A stretch of 39,770 nt of DNA, from IMG/VR virus record IMGVR_UViG_2778261456_000009, positions 1 through 39,770 of that record, one strand, 5' to 3'. The notes beneath the pieces are model-generated. The model made no database searches. It was given only the letters and a program-made list of their open reading frames with translations, and was not told where the DNA came from. The translations under genes were made by a program, and so were the position numbers. Shown here one piece after another: positions 19,806-27,923 of the stretch (the stretch's first letter is position 1; every line of letters starts with the position of its first letter). This DNA is from a virus. Taxonomy: Duplodnaviria; Heunggongvirae; Uroviricota; Caudoviricetes.

Positions 19806-20520
19806 TGAGGTCACGCTCTCCATTGCCATCATCAATACCTGCATCACGGCGAAGACGATCAGCCTCCAGAGACACCTTATCAGTGGCGGCCTTGCGGTAG
19901 GCTGTATCAGCAAATATTTTTCCTACCGTCGCAAGCGTGCCAACGATGGACTCAATACGAACTGTATTGCGCATCATTGCTTTCTCGGCGGCGCTGATAT
20001 TTTCCATCAGCATCTTCCTTTCCTGGTCCCCATTAGCATCTTCCAGCGACACCAGCCACCGACCAATATTCTCTGCAGCGACAAGGTTGTTAGCACGAAG
20101 GCGAAATAATTCGTCCTCGAGCGTCAACGCTTTAGCGTCCTCTATCACCTCATCTTTGAGCAGAAGGCGACGGGCATAACCACCGTGTTTTAATGCCTGC
20201 TGGTTACCGGGTTGGAATGGGTTAGTCGGGGGATCGGTACGCATTCCGCGTATCGGTTTCGTATCCAGTGTAGGTTCTGTTTTTGGTTGCGTACCTTTTT
20301 GTGTAAGGCCAGTAATGGCAGGCTTTCTGCTGGTACGCACTTTTCTTTTTTGCGTACCATTTTTGCAAACCTGCGTACCGCCACTGCGTACCCAACCAAG
20401 CTTTTTGGCCCTCTTCCTGATAGCCCCTTCTGTAACGCCGTATTTCTCGCCTATATCACGGAGGCTAAGGACTCCGGCCCGGTATGCCGATTCGATGGCC
20501 TCCCAGTCCGGTTTTGCCAT
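19771..20520 (-). CDS. Terminase small subunit
   Basis: 249 aa, N-terminal HTH-like segment (LSLRDIGEKYGVTEGAIRKRAKK); AAGAGGA RBS before ATG at 20520. Confidence 0.7.
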   Translation of the reverse strand: MAKPDWEAIESAYRAGVLSLRDIGEKYGVTEGAIRKRAKKLGWVRSGGTQVCKNGTQKRKVRTSRKPAITGLTQKGTQPKTEPTLDTKPIRGMRTDPPTNPFQPGNQQALKHGGYARRLLLKDEVIEDAKALTLEDELFRLRANNLVAAENIGRWLVSLEDANGDQERKMLMENISAAEKAMMRNTVRIESIVGTLATVGKIFADTAYRKAATDKVSLEADRLRRDAGIDDGNGERDLNDFYSDIQSDA

Positions 20521-20577
20521 GAATTTTTCCTCTTAGTGACATTATCGAAGCCCCTTATCAAAGGAGCTTCTGTAATG

Positions 20578-20763
20578 TCAGTCCCGAACAAACGTAACCT
20601 TCGTGTTTGTCACTCGCCTTACAAGGCGCGCCGCTTCGCGTTGCATTTCATCGATAACTTTTGGCGTCATCGGCTGATGCGCATATTTACGTTCAATCTC
20701 TGCAAAAATCTCGTTCATCGTTTCGCTGTCTGGTGGGATAACTTCAACGTTTAATCGTGCCAT
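20578..20763 (-). CDS. Hypothetical small protein
   Basis: 61 aa from first ATG; weak RBS; overlaps Rz1 3' end. Confidence 0.3.
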   Translation of the reverse strand: MARLNVEVIPPDSETMNEIFAEIERKYAHQPMTPKVIDEMQREAARLVRRVTNTKVTFVRD

Positions 20764-21022
20764 TGGTTTGTGCTGCCCTGTTTTTCTCAAAAGTCCTGAT
20801 ATCAGCCTTATCCCTGTTGCACTGTGCTAACGCTGACAACAACGCAACATTCAGGTTAAGGCTGGCTCCCCACGTAAACGGGTCGGGTAAATCTGGCTGG
20901 GGTGTTTCAGCCGTCAGACTTGCTGGTAACGGAATGACCGGCACCGACACGTATACCGTTCGCGTATTCGTGCAACCGCTTAACTGCACCAGAAGGAACA
21001 ACACGAACAGCGCAATCATCAT
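20744..21022 (-). CDS. Rz1: o-spanin (Rz1-like lipoprotein)
   Basis: Starts MMIALFVLFLLVQLSGC (lipobox LSGC), Pro-rich; overlaps 3' part of Rz in another frame. Confidence 0.55.
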   Translation of the reverse strand: MMIALFVLFLLVQLSGCTNTRTVYVSVPVIPLPASLTAETPQPDLPDPFTWGASLNLNVALLSALAQCNRDKADIRTFEKNRAAQTNGTIKR

Positions 21023-21299
21023 CCGCAACAGCCACTTTGATATCTTCCTGGGTTCTCTGTGACTCCAGTGCGCTCTGCTGTTTTGCATGCTGGTTAGCCT
21101 CTATAACTGTATTGATGATTTGCAGTGATTGCAGGACGTTACTGGTAATGGCTGTTGCAGATTCAGCATTTCGTACAGCCTCATCAGCGCGCTCCTTTTC
21201 GTGCTGATATTTGCTGTAGTAATGCCCGGCAGACCAGATAAAAGAACCGATGACGGTAACAAAGAAGGCAACAATAACCAGCTTATATCTCAGCTTCAT
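20907..21299 (-). CDS. Rz: i-spanin (Rz-like)
   Basis: 130 aa; N-terminal TM helix, coiled-coil-like periplasmic domain; directly after endolysin. Confidence 0.65.
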   Translation of the reverse strand: MKLRYKLVIVAFFVTVIGSFIWSAGHYYSKYQHEKERADEAVRNAESATAITSNVLQSLQIINTVIEANQHAKQQSALESQRTQEDIKVAVADDDCAVRVVPSGAVKRLHEYANGIRVGAGHSVTSKSDG

Positions 21300-21759
21300 T
21301 TACCCCCCCACCAGCTTCTTTAAATCGGGCAATCAGGTCACCGATTCTATGTTCATACTGACCGTAACCAGCGCCCGGCAACGAAGCCCAGATATTGCTG
21401 CAACGGTCGATTGCCTGACGAATATCGCCGCGGTCAATCATCGGTAAAGCGCCACGCTCTTTAATCTGCTGCAGCGCTACAGCATCCTGGCTTTCTGGAG
21501 AAAAATCTTTCAGACCAAGTTGCTTGCGGTAGGCATCCCACCAGCGTGAAAGAAGCTGGTAACGTCCGGCGGCTGTTGATTTGAGTTTCGGATTTAGCGT
21601 GACAAGTTTGCGGGGGTGATCGGAGTAATCAGTGAACAGTTCGCCACCGACAATAACATCATAACCGTGATTTCTGGTTTTCTGCCGTCCGTTATCTGTT
21701 CCTTCTGACCATGCCACCATATCAAGGAAAGCTTTACGCTGGGAATTAAGTGCCTGCAT
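21283..21759 (-). CDS. R: Endolysin, lambda R-type lytic transglycosylase
   Basis: Near-identical over most of its length to recalled lambda R (NSQRKAFLDMVAWSEGTDNGRQKTRNHGYDVIVGG...); AGGAG RBS. Confidence 0.9.
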   Translation of the reverse strand: MQALNSQRKAFLDMVAWSEGTDNGRQKTRNHGYDVIVGGELFTDYSDHPRKLVTLNPKLKSTAAGRYQLLSRWWDAYRKQLGLKDFSPESQDAVALQQIKERGALPMIDRGDIRQAIDRCSNIWASLPGAGYGQYEHRIGDLIARFKEAGGGVNEAEI

Positions 21760-21762
21760 TAA

Positions 21763-22098
21763 TTACTCCTTATGGGCACCGAACTTGTTACCGATGACCC
21801 TCATTGCCGCACCACGAATAGCATCAACACCAATCAGCCCCACCCCACCACCAATGGCAACAGAAAGTGATTTAGGCCATCCGACATACTCAAGCGCGGA
21901 TGCAAAGGTCAGCGTCAGGGCACCACAGAGCAAAATCTCAAGCGTTTTTCGTTTCCAGCCCCCACCACCGCCAAAATAGGCGATGCGCAAACCAGCCATA
22001 ACGATCGACATAATCACTGCGCCCAGCGGAGTGTCTCCACGCCACCAGCTCTGAAACAACTCCAGCCAGTCCGGCCAGGTATTTGGGTTATGAGGCAT
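21763..22098 (-). CDS. Holin
   Basis: Small protein with two hydrophobic helices and charged C-terminus directly upstream of endolysin; ATG at 22098 has GAGGTGA RBS, upstream in-frame ATG at 22122 has none. Confidence 0.65.
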   Translation of the reverse strand: MPHNPNTWPDWLELFQSWWRGDTPLGAVIMSIVMAGLRIAYFGGGGGWKRKTLEILLCGALTLTFASALEYVGWPKSLSVAIGGGVGLIGVDAIRGAAMRVIGNKFGAHKE

Positions 22099-22221
22099 TT
22101 CATCATCTCTCACCTCGCACATATCGCGGGTGCAAATTGAGGGAATAAAAAATCCCCGAATATTCCAGGAGCGGAAACGGGGAAAGGCGTTGCACTAAAT
22201 GGGTCTGTCTGCGGCCTTAAA

Positions 22222-22248
22222 TAAAAAACCCCGGCAAATGCCGAGGTC
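22222..22248 (-). terminator. Intrinsic terminator in late leader (proximal to holin)
   Basis: Minus strand CCTCGGC-ATTT-GCCGGGG followed by TTTTTTATTT. Confidence 0.5.
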
Positions 22249-22470
22249 AGTTAATCGTTGCCGCTGTGAGTGCCGCAGCGCACTATCTCTTTATCAGGCC
22301 ACTTACGCGTTAAACCAGGTGCCAACCGTAACTCAGTGATGCTTTACGCTTCCTCTCCCTCACTACGTCGCCATGGGAGCCCGACCAGATTAACGCTGTC
22401 GTCACGTTGCCAATATATGGCATCCAATGCATTCTTTTTATTTAGCTATTTCATTTTTTCTATCCGTCAG

Positions 22471-22498
22471 AAACAACAAAACCCGCTCAATGGCGGGT
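22471..22498 (-). terminator. Intrinsic terminator in late leader (tR'-like, proximal to Q-like gene)
   Basis: Minus strand ACCCGC-CATTGA-GCGGGT followed by TTTTGTTGTTT. Confidence 0.5.
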
Positions 22499-22582
22499 TC
22501 TGGTAAAGTTCATGCGCTTGGTTCGCCTCGCGATACAGCTTTGCGAAGCATACCGAAATTGAAGCAGTTTATGCGTAAAAAA

Positions 22583-23125
22583 TCAAGCTATTTTTTGAGC
22601 AAATGATTCTCGCATGGGAATATATAGGACATACTCAGCAACTGCCAACCAATTAGCAATTCGCTTTTCGCATGTGCTAAAACACCACTCAGGATGTGCA
22701 TCATTCAGCAATTCAGCCATTTTGCGCTTAGTCATCCCCCGCCCTTCATACCGTTGCCGGAGGACACTAATCAATCCAGGATGCTCTGCCAGCACCTCAC
22801 TTATGACTCGATCAATACATAACGCCTCTGCATCAGTACAATGCGCCAGCCAGGTCTTTTGCTTGCCATTGATCATCTCTCGCAAAAACGCTTCCAGCTC
22901 AATTTTATCCATTCCCGCTTTTTTCATTCTGCGCAGGGCTTCATTGATGGCTGTTTTCGTCAATTTTTTGGATGCCAGCAACTGGTTAAACATATTCCCC
23001 GTCTTACCGCCGCCAATATACGACCAGCGCCCCCACATGCGCAGTTTTCCCTGAATCCAGACACTTTCCAGCGTGGTGAGACGAAGGTGTTCCCCGCTTT
23101 TGCCTGTATTTGTTGGGTAAATCAT
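22583..23125 (-). CDS. Putative late-gene antiterminator (Q-like) by position
   Basis: 180 aa from ATG at 23125 (ATGA overlap with upstream gene); occupies Q position between nin-like genes and late leader; family not confirmed. Confidence 0.45.
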   Translation of the reverse strand: MIYPTNTGKSGEHLRLTTLESVWIQGKLRMWGRWSYIGGGKTGNMFNQLLASKKLTKTAINEALRRMKKAGMDKIELEAFLREMINGKQKTWLAHCTDAEALCIDRVISEVLAEHPGLISVLRQRYEGRGMTKRKMAELLNDAHPEWCFSTCEKRIANWLAVAEYVLYIPMRESFAQKIA

Positions 23126-23412
23126 AAATAACCTTCCTTTCTCCAGATTTCTTGCGTACGAAAAACACCTTCTGCGTGCATCAGGCGTAATTCTTCTTTG
23201 GTGTAATCGCTGGTTTTTACCCGCCCGTCGATTAAATCGTGGCACGAGCTACAGGCAATCGCTGCCTGCATATCGTGTGGCTTTATCGCTGTTCCGCACG
23301 TTCCCGCCAGTCGGTAATGCGCCAGCACAGACGTTTCGGGATTGTGATTGCAGTAGCCAGGGATTCTGACCTGGCACATCTGGCCCCGCGCTGCTTTACG
23401 TAAATCCACCAT
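23122..23412 (-). CDS. ybcO: YbcO-like Cys-rich DUF1364 protein
   Basis: 96 aa, matches recalled DLP12 YbcO pattern (DLRKAARG..CQVRIPG.CN.NPETSVLAH...IACSSCHD). Confidence 0.7.
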   Translation of the reverse strand: MVDLRKAARGQMCQVRIPGYCNHNPETSVLAHYRLAGTCGTAIKPHDMQAAIACSSCHDLIDGRVKTSDYTKEELRLMHAEGVFRTQEIWRKEGYL

Positions 23413-24011
23413 TACGCAAACTCCAGCAGCTGCGCGGCCACATTTTCGACTTCCTCCAGAGAGGAGAATTTACGGAACAGGATCCAGTTCCACAGCACAT
23501 TCAGTACAGATTTATAAACCTGCTGAAACACGGTTTCGTCCATATTCGCAAACGCGATAGATTTCGCCCGACGCCCACGACTACCATCAGGATAAAGATG
23601 CTCGGTGTAAAATCCGGCCTGAATGGTTACCCACTCGCGGAAAGCCTCAAACGACTTTAGCAATGCCGTATCTCGGGTTCTGCGTGTCGCAACTGTATTC
23701 AGATATTGCTCTGCGGCTTCGCTCAGAGCTGGCGTATGTTCCCGGCCTACTGATTCGCACAGATAATCAACGAAACCGGACACCAGTTTTCGTTCGCGAG
23801 GAGTGATCGCCCCACCGACCGGAGTCCAGTAATCGAATCCGAGTTGCAGAAGTTTGAAAAAACGCTTATGGAATGCGTAGTTACGAACGCGCTTAAAATC
23901 AGCGTGTATCCACTCGCCTATTTTGATTTGATGCAGAAAATCACAACTCTCCGGCGTCGCCGGGAGAAGTAATCCGGAAGAGGTTTGTTTGACCAGTTGT
24001 ATATGCGCCAT
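23412..24011 (-). CDS. DUF1367-type (YbcN-like) nin-region protein
   Basis: 199 aa upstream of ybcO-like gene; assignment from memory of DLP12 ybcN-ybcO arrangement. Confidence 0.55.
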   Translation of the reverse strand: MAHIQLVKQTSSGLLLPATPESCDFLHQIKIGEWIHADFKRVRNYAFHKRFFKLLQLGFDYWTPVGGAITPRERKLVSGFVDYLCESVGREHTPALSEAAEQYLNTVATRRTRDTALLKSFEAFREWVTIQAGFYTEHLYPDGSRGRRAKSIAFANMDETVFQQVYKSVLNVLWNWILFRKFSSLEEVENVAAQLLEFA

Positions 24012-24082
24012 CGTAGTTCTCCGCTGGCGCAGTAGAATGGGTGTTCAGCCCGTTATGTAGTATACCAGAATTAATGCCAATA

Positions 24083-24334
24083 CTAACAGGATGCTCTGAC
24101 TCGCAATTCATCCAGCAGTTTATCATTTCCCATAATGTCACTTACCCTCATCGGTAAAAAGATTGCCTTTCGACCATTACGGTACATCATTGATTTTGGG
24201 GTTTCAGGGAAGTAATCCATTTCGACTATAACTGACAGGTCATCACGACGTATGACTGCGTATTTGCTACTAAATAGTTTCTTTATTTTTTCCACGATGC
24301 CTCCAGGTTTATAAGGACAAACGGTTATATCCAC
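24083..24334 (-). CDS. Hypothetical protein (weak call)
   Basis: 83-aa ORF with GTG start and no RBS; adjacent to AT-rich island. Confidence 0.25.
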   Translation of the reverse strand: MDITVCPYKPGGIVEKIKKLFSSKYAVIRRDDLSVIVEMDYFPETPKSMMYRNGRKAIFLPMRVSDIMGNDKLLDELRVRASC

Positions 24335-24470
24335 ATAGAGACAAAAATATTAATCTGAAAAATATTTATTTCACGTCGTATATTTGATTATTTAATGTGC
24401 AGGTACAATGACTTTTATTTTTTGTTGTGTATATAATCAAATATATGGTTATTTTTCACCCTGCGCATTC
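24335..24470. other. AT-rich island (about 135 bp)
   Basis: Markedly AT-rich stretch with several TATAAT-like hexamers between hok terminator and the 83-aa ORF. Confidence 0.4.
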
Positions 24471-24479
24471 AGCACGCAA

Positions 24480-24501
24480 CAAAAAACCCGCCGAAGCGGG
24501 T
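24480..24501 (-). terminator. Intrinsic terminator downstream of hok
   Basis: Minus strand CCCGC-TTCG-GCGGG followed by TTTTTTG. Confidence 0.55.
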
Positions 24502-24570
24502 TTAGTGCGGGTGCGTTGAGGATGCCTGACACATGAGAGGTGGCGAGGGATTTCTCCCCCGCCGGGTCTC

Positions 24571-24726
24571 TTACTCCTCAGATTCGTAAGCTGTGAAGAC
24601 AGCGACCTCCGTCTGGCCGGTTCGGATTCGTACCTCGCAGAGGTCTTTCCTCGTTACCAGTGCCGTCACTATGACGGTTAAACAGATGACGATCAGGGCG
24701 ATTAACATCGCCTTTTGCTGCTTCAT
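24571..24726 (-). CDS. hok: Hok/Gef-family type I toxin
   Basis: 51 aa MKQQKAMLIALIVICLTVIVTALVTRKDLCEVRIRTGQTEVAVFTAYESEE, near-identical to recalled HokD/RelF and Gef; AAGGAG RBS. Confidence 0.85.
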   Translation of the reverse strand: MKQQKAMLIALIVICLTVIVTALVTRKDLCEVRIRTGQTEVAVFTAYESEE

Positions 24727-24783
24727 AGCCTGCTTCTCCTTGCCTTTCGGCGCGTAAGAGGCTAACCTACATGTGCAAGTCAT
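24571..24783 (-). CDS. mok: Mok-like in-frame leader ORF of hok
   Basis: In-frame 19-codon extension from ATG at 24783 (MTCTCRLASYAPKGKEKQA-), analogous to mokC/hokC in-frame arrangement. Confidence 0.4.
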   Translation of the reverse strand: MTCTCRLASYAPKGKEKQAMKQQKAMLIALIVICLTVIVTALVTRKDLCEVRIRTGQTEVAVFTAYESEE

Positions 24784-24972
24784 AGATATGGCCTCAGATT
24801 AATGTTAAGCGTCTTGCCGGACGCGTAATGTTAACTGGGGCTTTTCTCTATCTGCCTTTTGGTGTTCATGCCTGAGACAGATAGCCTCAAGCACCCGCAG
24901 CAATTCTACTTAACTCTCGCTTTACCGCAAACCGTTTTTACCCGATATGGGAATTCCCATATCGTAATGAAT

Positions 24973-25077
24973 TCAGTTCCCTAGTCGATCCATCAAAAAC
25001 ACAACCAGGCAGTAAACGCCCACAACAGCAATAACAGCCAGCGCACCTTCCATTGCCAGTGAAATATCATCCGACAT
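24973..25077 (-). CDS. Unlisted 34-aa hydrophobic peptide (putative small membrane protein)
   Basis: MSDDISLAMEGALAVIAVVGVYCLVVFLMDRLGN; ATG preceded by AAGGAGG at ideal spacing; one predicted TM helix; below track size cut-off. Confidence 0.35.
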   Translation of the reverse strand: MSDDISLAMEGALAVIAVVGVYCLVVFLMDRLGN

Positions 25078-25192
25078 ATTCCCTCCTTTGGTGTGAATCC
25101 CGGCGAACGTTTTTACCCCCACCGACAAATAACATATACTAAAAAATCAATAGCTATAGCAACGCCTGTAATTGCAAAGGCTTCAGGCCAGA

Positions 25193-26023
25193 TCATTGGC
25201 GCACCTCCTGCGGCGGTTCTGGTAGCGGCATCCAGTGGGTTACTCCGTCAATTGGTTCATCGTCGTCGTACTCCAATGCGGCTATATAGAACCCGTCACG
25301 ACGAGAATAAGAAATCCCGGACATTACAATGCCATCCGAAACAACAATAATGTCACCCGTTTCTTCCGGCATTCGCTCACTACAGCTTATCCAACCATCC
25401 GGAGTTACCGGAAGCGAGAACGGCAGCACATCTCTGTGAACAAGTTTTTGCTGTGACAGGTTATCCAGAACTTTCTGTACTGCTGCATCACCGAATACAC
25501 CAAGCGCATCTGCCATAACTCCTACAACCTGATAAGCCTCAGCGCATACCGTGGATAAACCATCCGGAATTACCGGAGAGTTGGTTGACGTTTCCGAGGT
25601 TTCCCGAAAATTATTGGTTGACGAATCCTTATTTTCCCGAAAGTTTCCAGCCTGAAGCATTGCGGCGCGGCAGGCGTTCCAGCCTCTCACCTCTGCAATA
25701 GCGGCAACAGCATCAACCGCGTACATGCTAAGAGGATTAGGCATTGGTTTTTCTTCCGGTACTACTGGAACGGGTGGAGCGGCGTAGACTTCAATAATCC
25801 CATTATCAATAGGCCATTCTCCATCCTTGAGGTAGTCACTTGTGCCGTCAACTTTCTGTTCTGCAATGTGGAATGCACCTATTGGTTTTGCTTCCAGCGA
25901 TACCAGTGCAATTCGTGCCAGTTCCTCCGCTTCTTCTGCTGGCAGTACAACGTTGCTACCCGGTCCGTATGTTTCGCGCCACTGCTTGATTGTCAGCAGT
26001 CGCTCTTTGGTTATAGTGGTCAT
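25193..26023 (-). CDS. DUF551-type C-terminal domain protein
   Basis: 276 aa; C-terminus (GFYIA...THWMPLPEPP) matches recalled DUF551 signature; internal NFRE..STN tandem repeat; AAGGA RBS. Confidence 0.6.
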   Translation of the reverse strand: MTTITKERLLTIKQWRETYGPGSNVVLPAEEAEELARIALVSLEAKPIGAFHIAEQKVDGTSDYLKDGEWPIDNGIIEVYAAPPVPVVPEEKPMPNPLSMYAVDAVAAIAEVRGWNACRAAMLQAGNFRENKDSSTNNFRETSETSTNSPVIPDGLSTVCAEAYQVVGVMADALGVFGDAAVQKVLDNLSQQKLVHRDVLPFSLPVTPDGWISCSERMPEETGDIIVVSDGIVMSGISYSRRDGFYIAALEYDDDEPIDGVTHWMPLPEPPQEVRQ

Positions 26024-26033
26024 TTGTTAGTCC

Positions 26034-26789
26034 TTAAACTGCCAGTTGCAATTGCATTTCAAAGCGGTCGCGTTGTTCACAATACGCAAGAGAACCAGGG
26101 CTATTGTGTGCCTCAATCCGTTCTACCATTAATGCTGCGCGTGTCTCTTTACTTGCAGGTGCATAAGCCCCAGACCAGGCTTTATCAATACCGATGTTTC
26201 GAGCGACGTTCGTACTATCTGCGCTGGCTAAGGGTAATTTTGTGAATATCAGCGGATTTAACATGCGCAATCCATGTAGTTTCGTAACCGGCTGACCATG
26301 CTCATCAACAATGTGACGAATCAGGTCTTTCATTCTGGCTACCGCAAGAGTTGGGCGCTTTACGTCATAGTCTCCACAACTACCGATAGCCACTCGCGGA
26401 AACTCATTGCACAAATGAATAAACCGCTCGTCACTTTCATTCATGTGCCACACTGGAACGCCAGATAGTTTTCCGTGAGGCCACTCATTCAGAAGCGCAT
26501 CATTTTCCTCCTCTCCGCCATCAATAACATCCGGGATAATGGCAAAATCGAATCCTGGGTGATTCTTCCAGCGAGCGACAAACTCGTAGTAATCGCTCCA
26601 GTCGATTTTGTTTTTGCCAGCTGCTTTCCAGGCGGTGAATGCACCGTTGTCCAGCGCGAACGACTGACAGTATTCAGCCGCGAGATTGATCTGTCCTGAA
26701 TGCGCAAAACTGATAAACGCATGCCGCCCTTTCCATGCTCTCATTGCGCACGTATCAGGAGTAATAGGCCCACCGTGATAGTGAATCAT
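26034..26789 (-). CDS. Conserved phage protein of unknown function
   Basis: 251 aa from ATG at 26789 with AGGAG RBS (track start 26822 is TTG); globular enzyme-like composition. Confidence 0.55.
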   Translation of the reverse strand: MIHYHGGPITPDTCAMRAWKGRHAFISFAHSGQINLAAEYCQSFALDNGAFTAWKAAGKNKIDWSDYYEFVARWKNHPGFDFAIIPDVIDGGEEENDALLNEWPHGKLSGVPVWHMNESDERFIHLCNEFPRVAIGSCGDYDVKRPTLAVARMKDLIRHIVDEHGQPVTKLHGLRMLNPLIFTKLPLASADSTNVARNIGIDKAWSGAYAPASKETRAALMVERIEAHNSPGSLAYCEQRDRFEMQLQLAV

Positions 26790-26790
26790 C

Positions 26791-27339
26791 TCACTCTCCT
26801 TTGATGCGAATGCCTGTTGCAATGCTGTTTATGATGCTGTCAGTGCATGGGGTAGAAAGCTGGGCATCTCCAGCAATTTTCATGACCTCAACATCTGCAT
26901 ATCGAATACCGAGGTGTATCAGACCGGCTATACCTGACTTAAGCCGAGCATTTTCCATAAACAGATCCTTTGCCCGCTGTTTTTCTGCCTCAAGCTCAAC
27001 GCGCAGCTTCCCTACCGTTAGCGCAATATCCTCGTTCTCCTGGTCGCGTGATTTGATGTATTGCTGGTTTCTTTCCCGTTCATCCAGTAGTGCCAGCACG
27101 GTAGCTGGGTTAACCTCTGCTATGAATTCAGCGTTTGCATAAGCCTGAGCATCTGTTTCAACCAGGCAGTTAACGTGACATTCTGCAATTACGCCACCGG
27201 GTTCTCCTTTCCATTTTTGACAAACAAAAACTCCTGTTATATTCCCATGCTGATTGACCGATGTATGCCCTACGATGTAGCTCCCTTTCGTTGCCTTTTC
27301 TGCCGCTTCACGCAGTGCCTGATAGTTAATTTTGCTCAC
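26791..27339 (-). CDS. Ead/Ea22-like protein
   Basis: 182 aa, GTG start with AGGAGG RBS; N-terminus [16 protein letters not shown] shared with neighbour paralog; coiled-coil middle. Confidence 0.55.
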   Translation of the reverse strand: MSKINYQALREAAEKATKGSYIVGHTSVNQHGNITGVFVCQKWKGEPGGVIAECHVNCLVETDAQAYANAEFIAEVNPATVLALLDERERNQQYIKSRDQENEDIALTVGKLRVELEAEKQRAKDLFMENARLKSGIAGLIHLGIRYADVEVMKIAGDAQLSTPCTDSIINSIATGIRIKGE

Positions 27340-27923
27340 TGGTTGCCTCCTTTGCGAAGCTGTTCAGCAATACTTACGCATATCTCTGCGCCTCTAATCA
27401 GCCCCGGAACGTTCTTGTTTGGCCCAACTTCACCATCAACAAAATCAATCATCGCGTTACGAGCCATATCCACCCCCTGCGCACGTACTTCAGCCAGGAG
27501 AGCGTCGGTAGCTGGGGTTTCCGTGAAGTTGTCCTCCCAACCGTAGTACTCCTGACGACAGAAGTTATTAAATTCCTTCTCCGACTGTTTAAGCGCCGCA
27601 TTCTCCACTGCCAGCGCCGCGCACTTGGCCTCAAGAGCTGCAACCACTTCCTGATGGTCTTTGTACTTAACGTATGAGCCGGAGATGTCATCACCTTCGG
27701 TGTTTAGCCATGCGTCATTGCAATTCACTGCGTAGGTTCTGATGCTGATGCTCTCCCGCCCCTGACAGACGCCAGGCCAGTCAATAAAGTATCCGCAATG
27801 CCTACCCTCAGACGTGCGCGCAGGATAAATGCCGTTATGACCCGGCAAAATATATGCTACCCATTCATCTTGCGTTGCCTGTTCCGCCGCCTCGCGCAGT
27901 TCTTGATAGTCAATCTTGCTCAC
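27336..27923 (-). CDS. Ead/Ea22-like protein (tandem paralog)
   Basis: N-terminus [17 protein letters not shown]; start set at GTG 27923 preceded by AGGAGGCAACCA, identical to neighbour. Confidence 0.55.
   Translation of the reverse strand: MSKIDYQELREAAEQATQDEWVAYILPGHNGIYPARTSEGRHCGYFIDWPGVCQGRESISIRTYAVNCNDAWLNTEGDDISGSYVKYKDHQEVVAALEAKCAALAVENAALKQSEKEFNNFCRQEYYGWEDNFTETPATDALLAEVRAQGVDMARNAMIDFVDGEVGPNKNVPGLIRGAEICVSIAEQLRKGGNQ

Noticed and set aside
22099-22122. Upstream in-frame ATG for the holin as a dual-start antiholin motif
   Set aside because: The extension (MCEVRDDE) is acidic rather than basic and the upstream ATG lacks an RBS, while the ATG at 22098 has one.
22123-22582. Possible tRNA genes between the Q-like gene and the holin, as in some Stx-type lambdoid phages
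   Set aside because: No cloverleaf-compatible segment or GTTCGAAT-type T-loop motif seen on either strand; the hairpins are followed by U-runs and are better explained as terminators.
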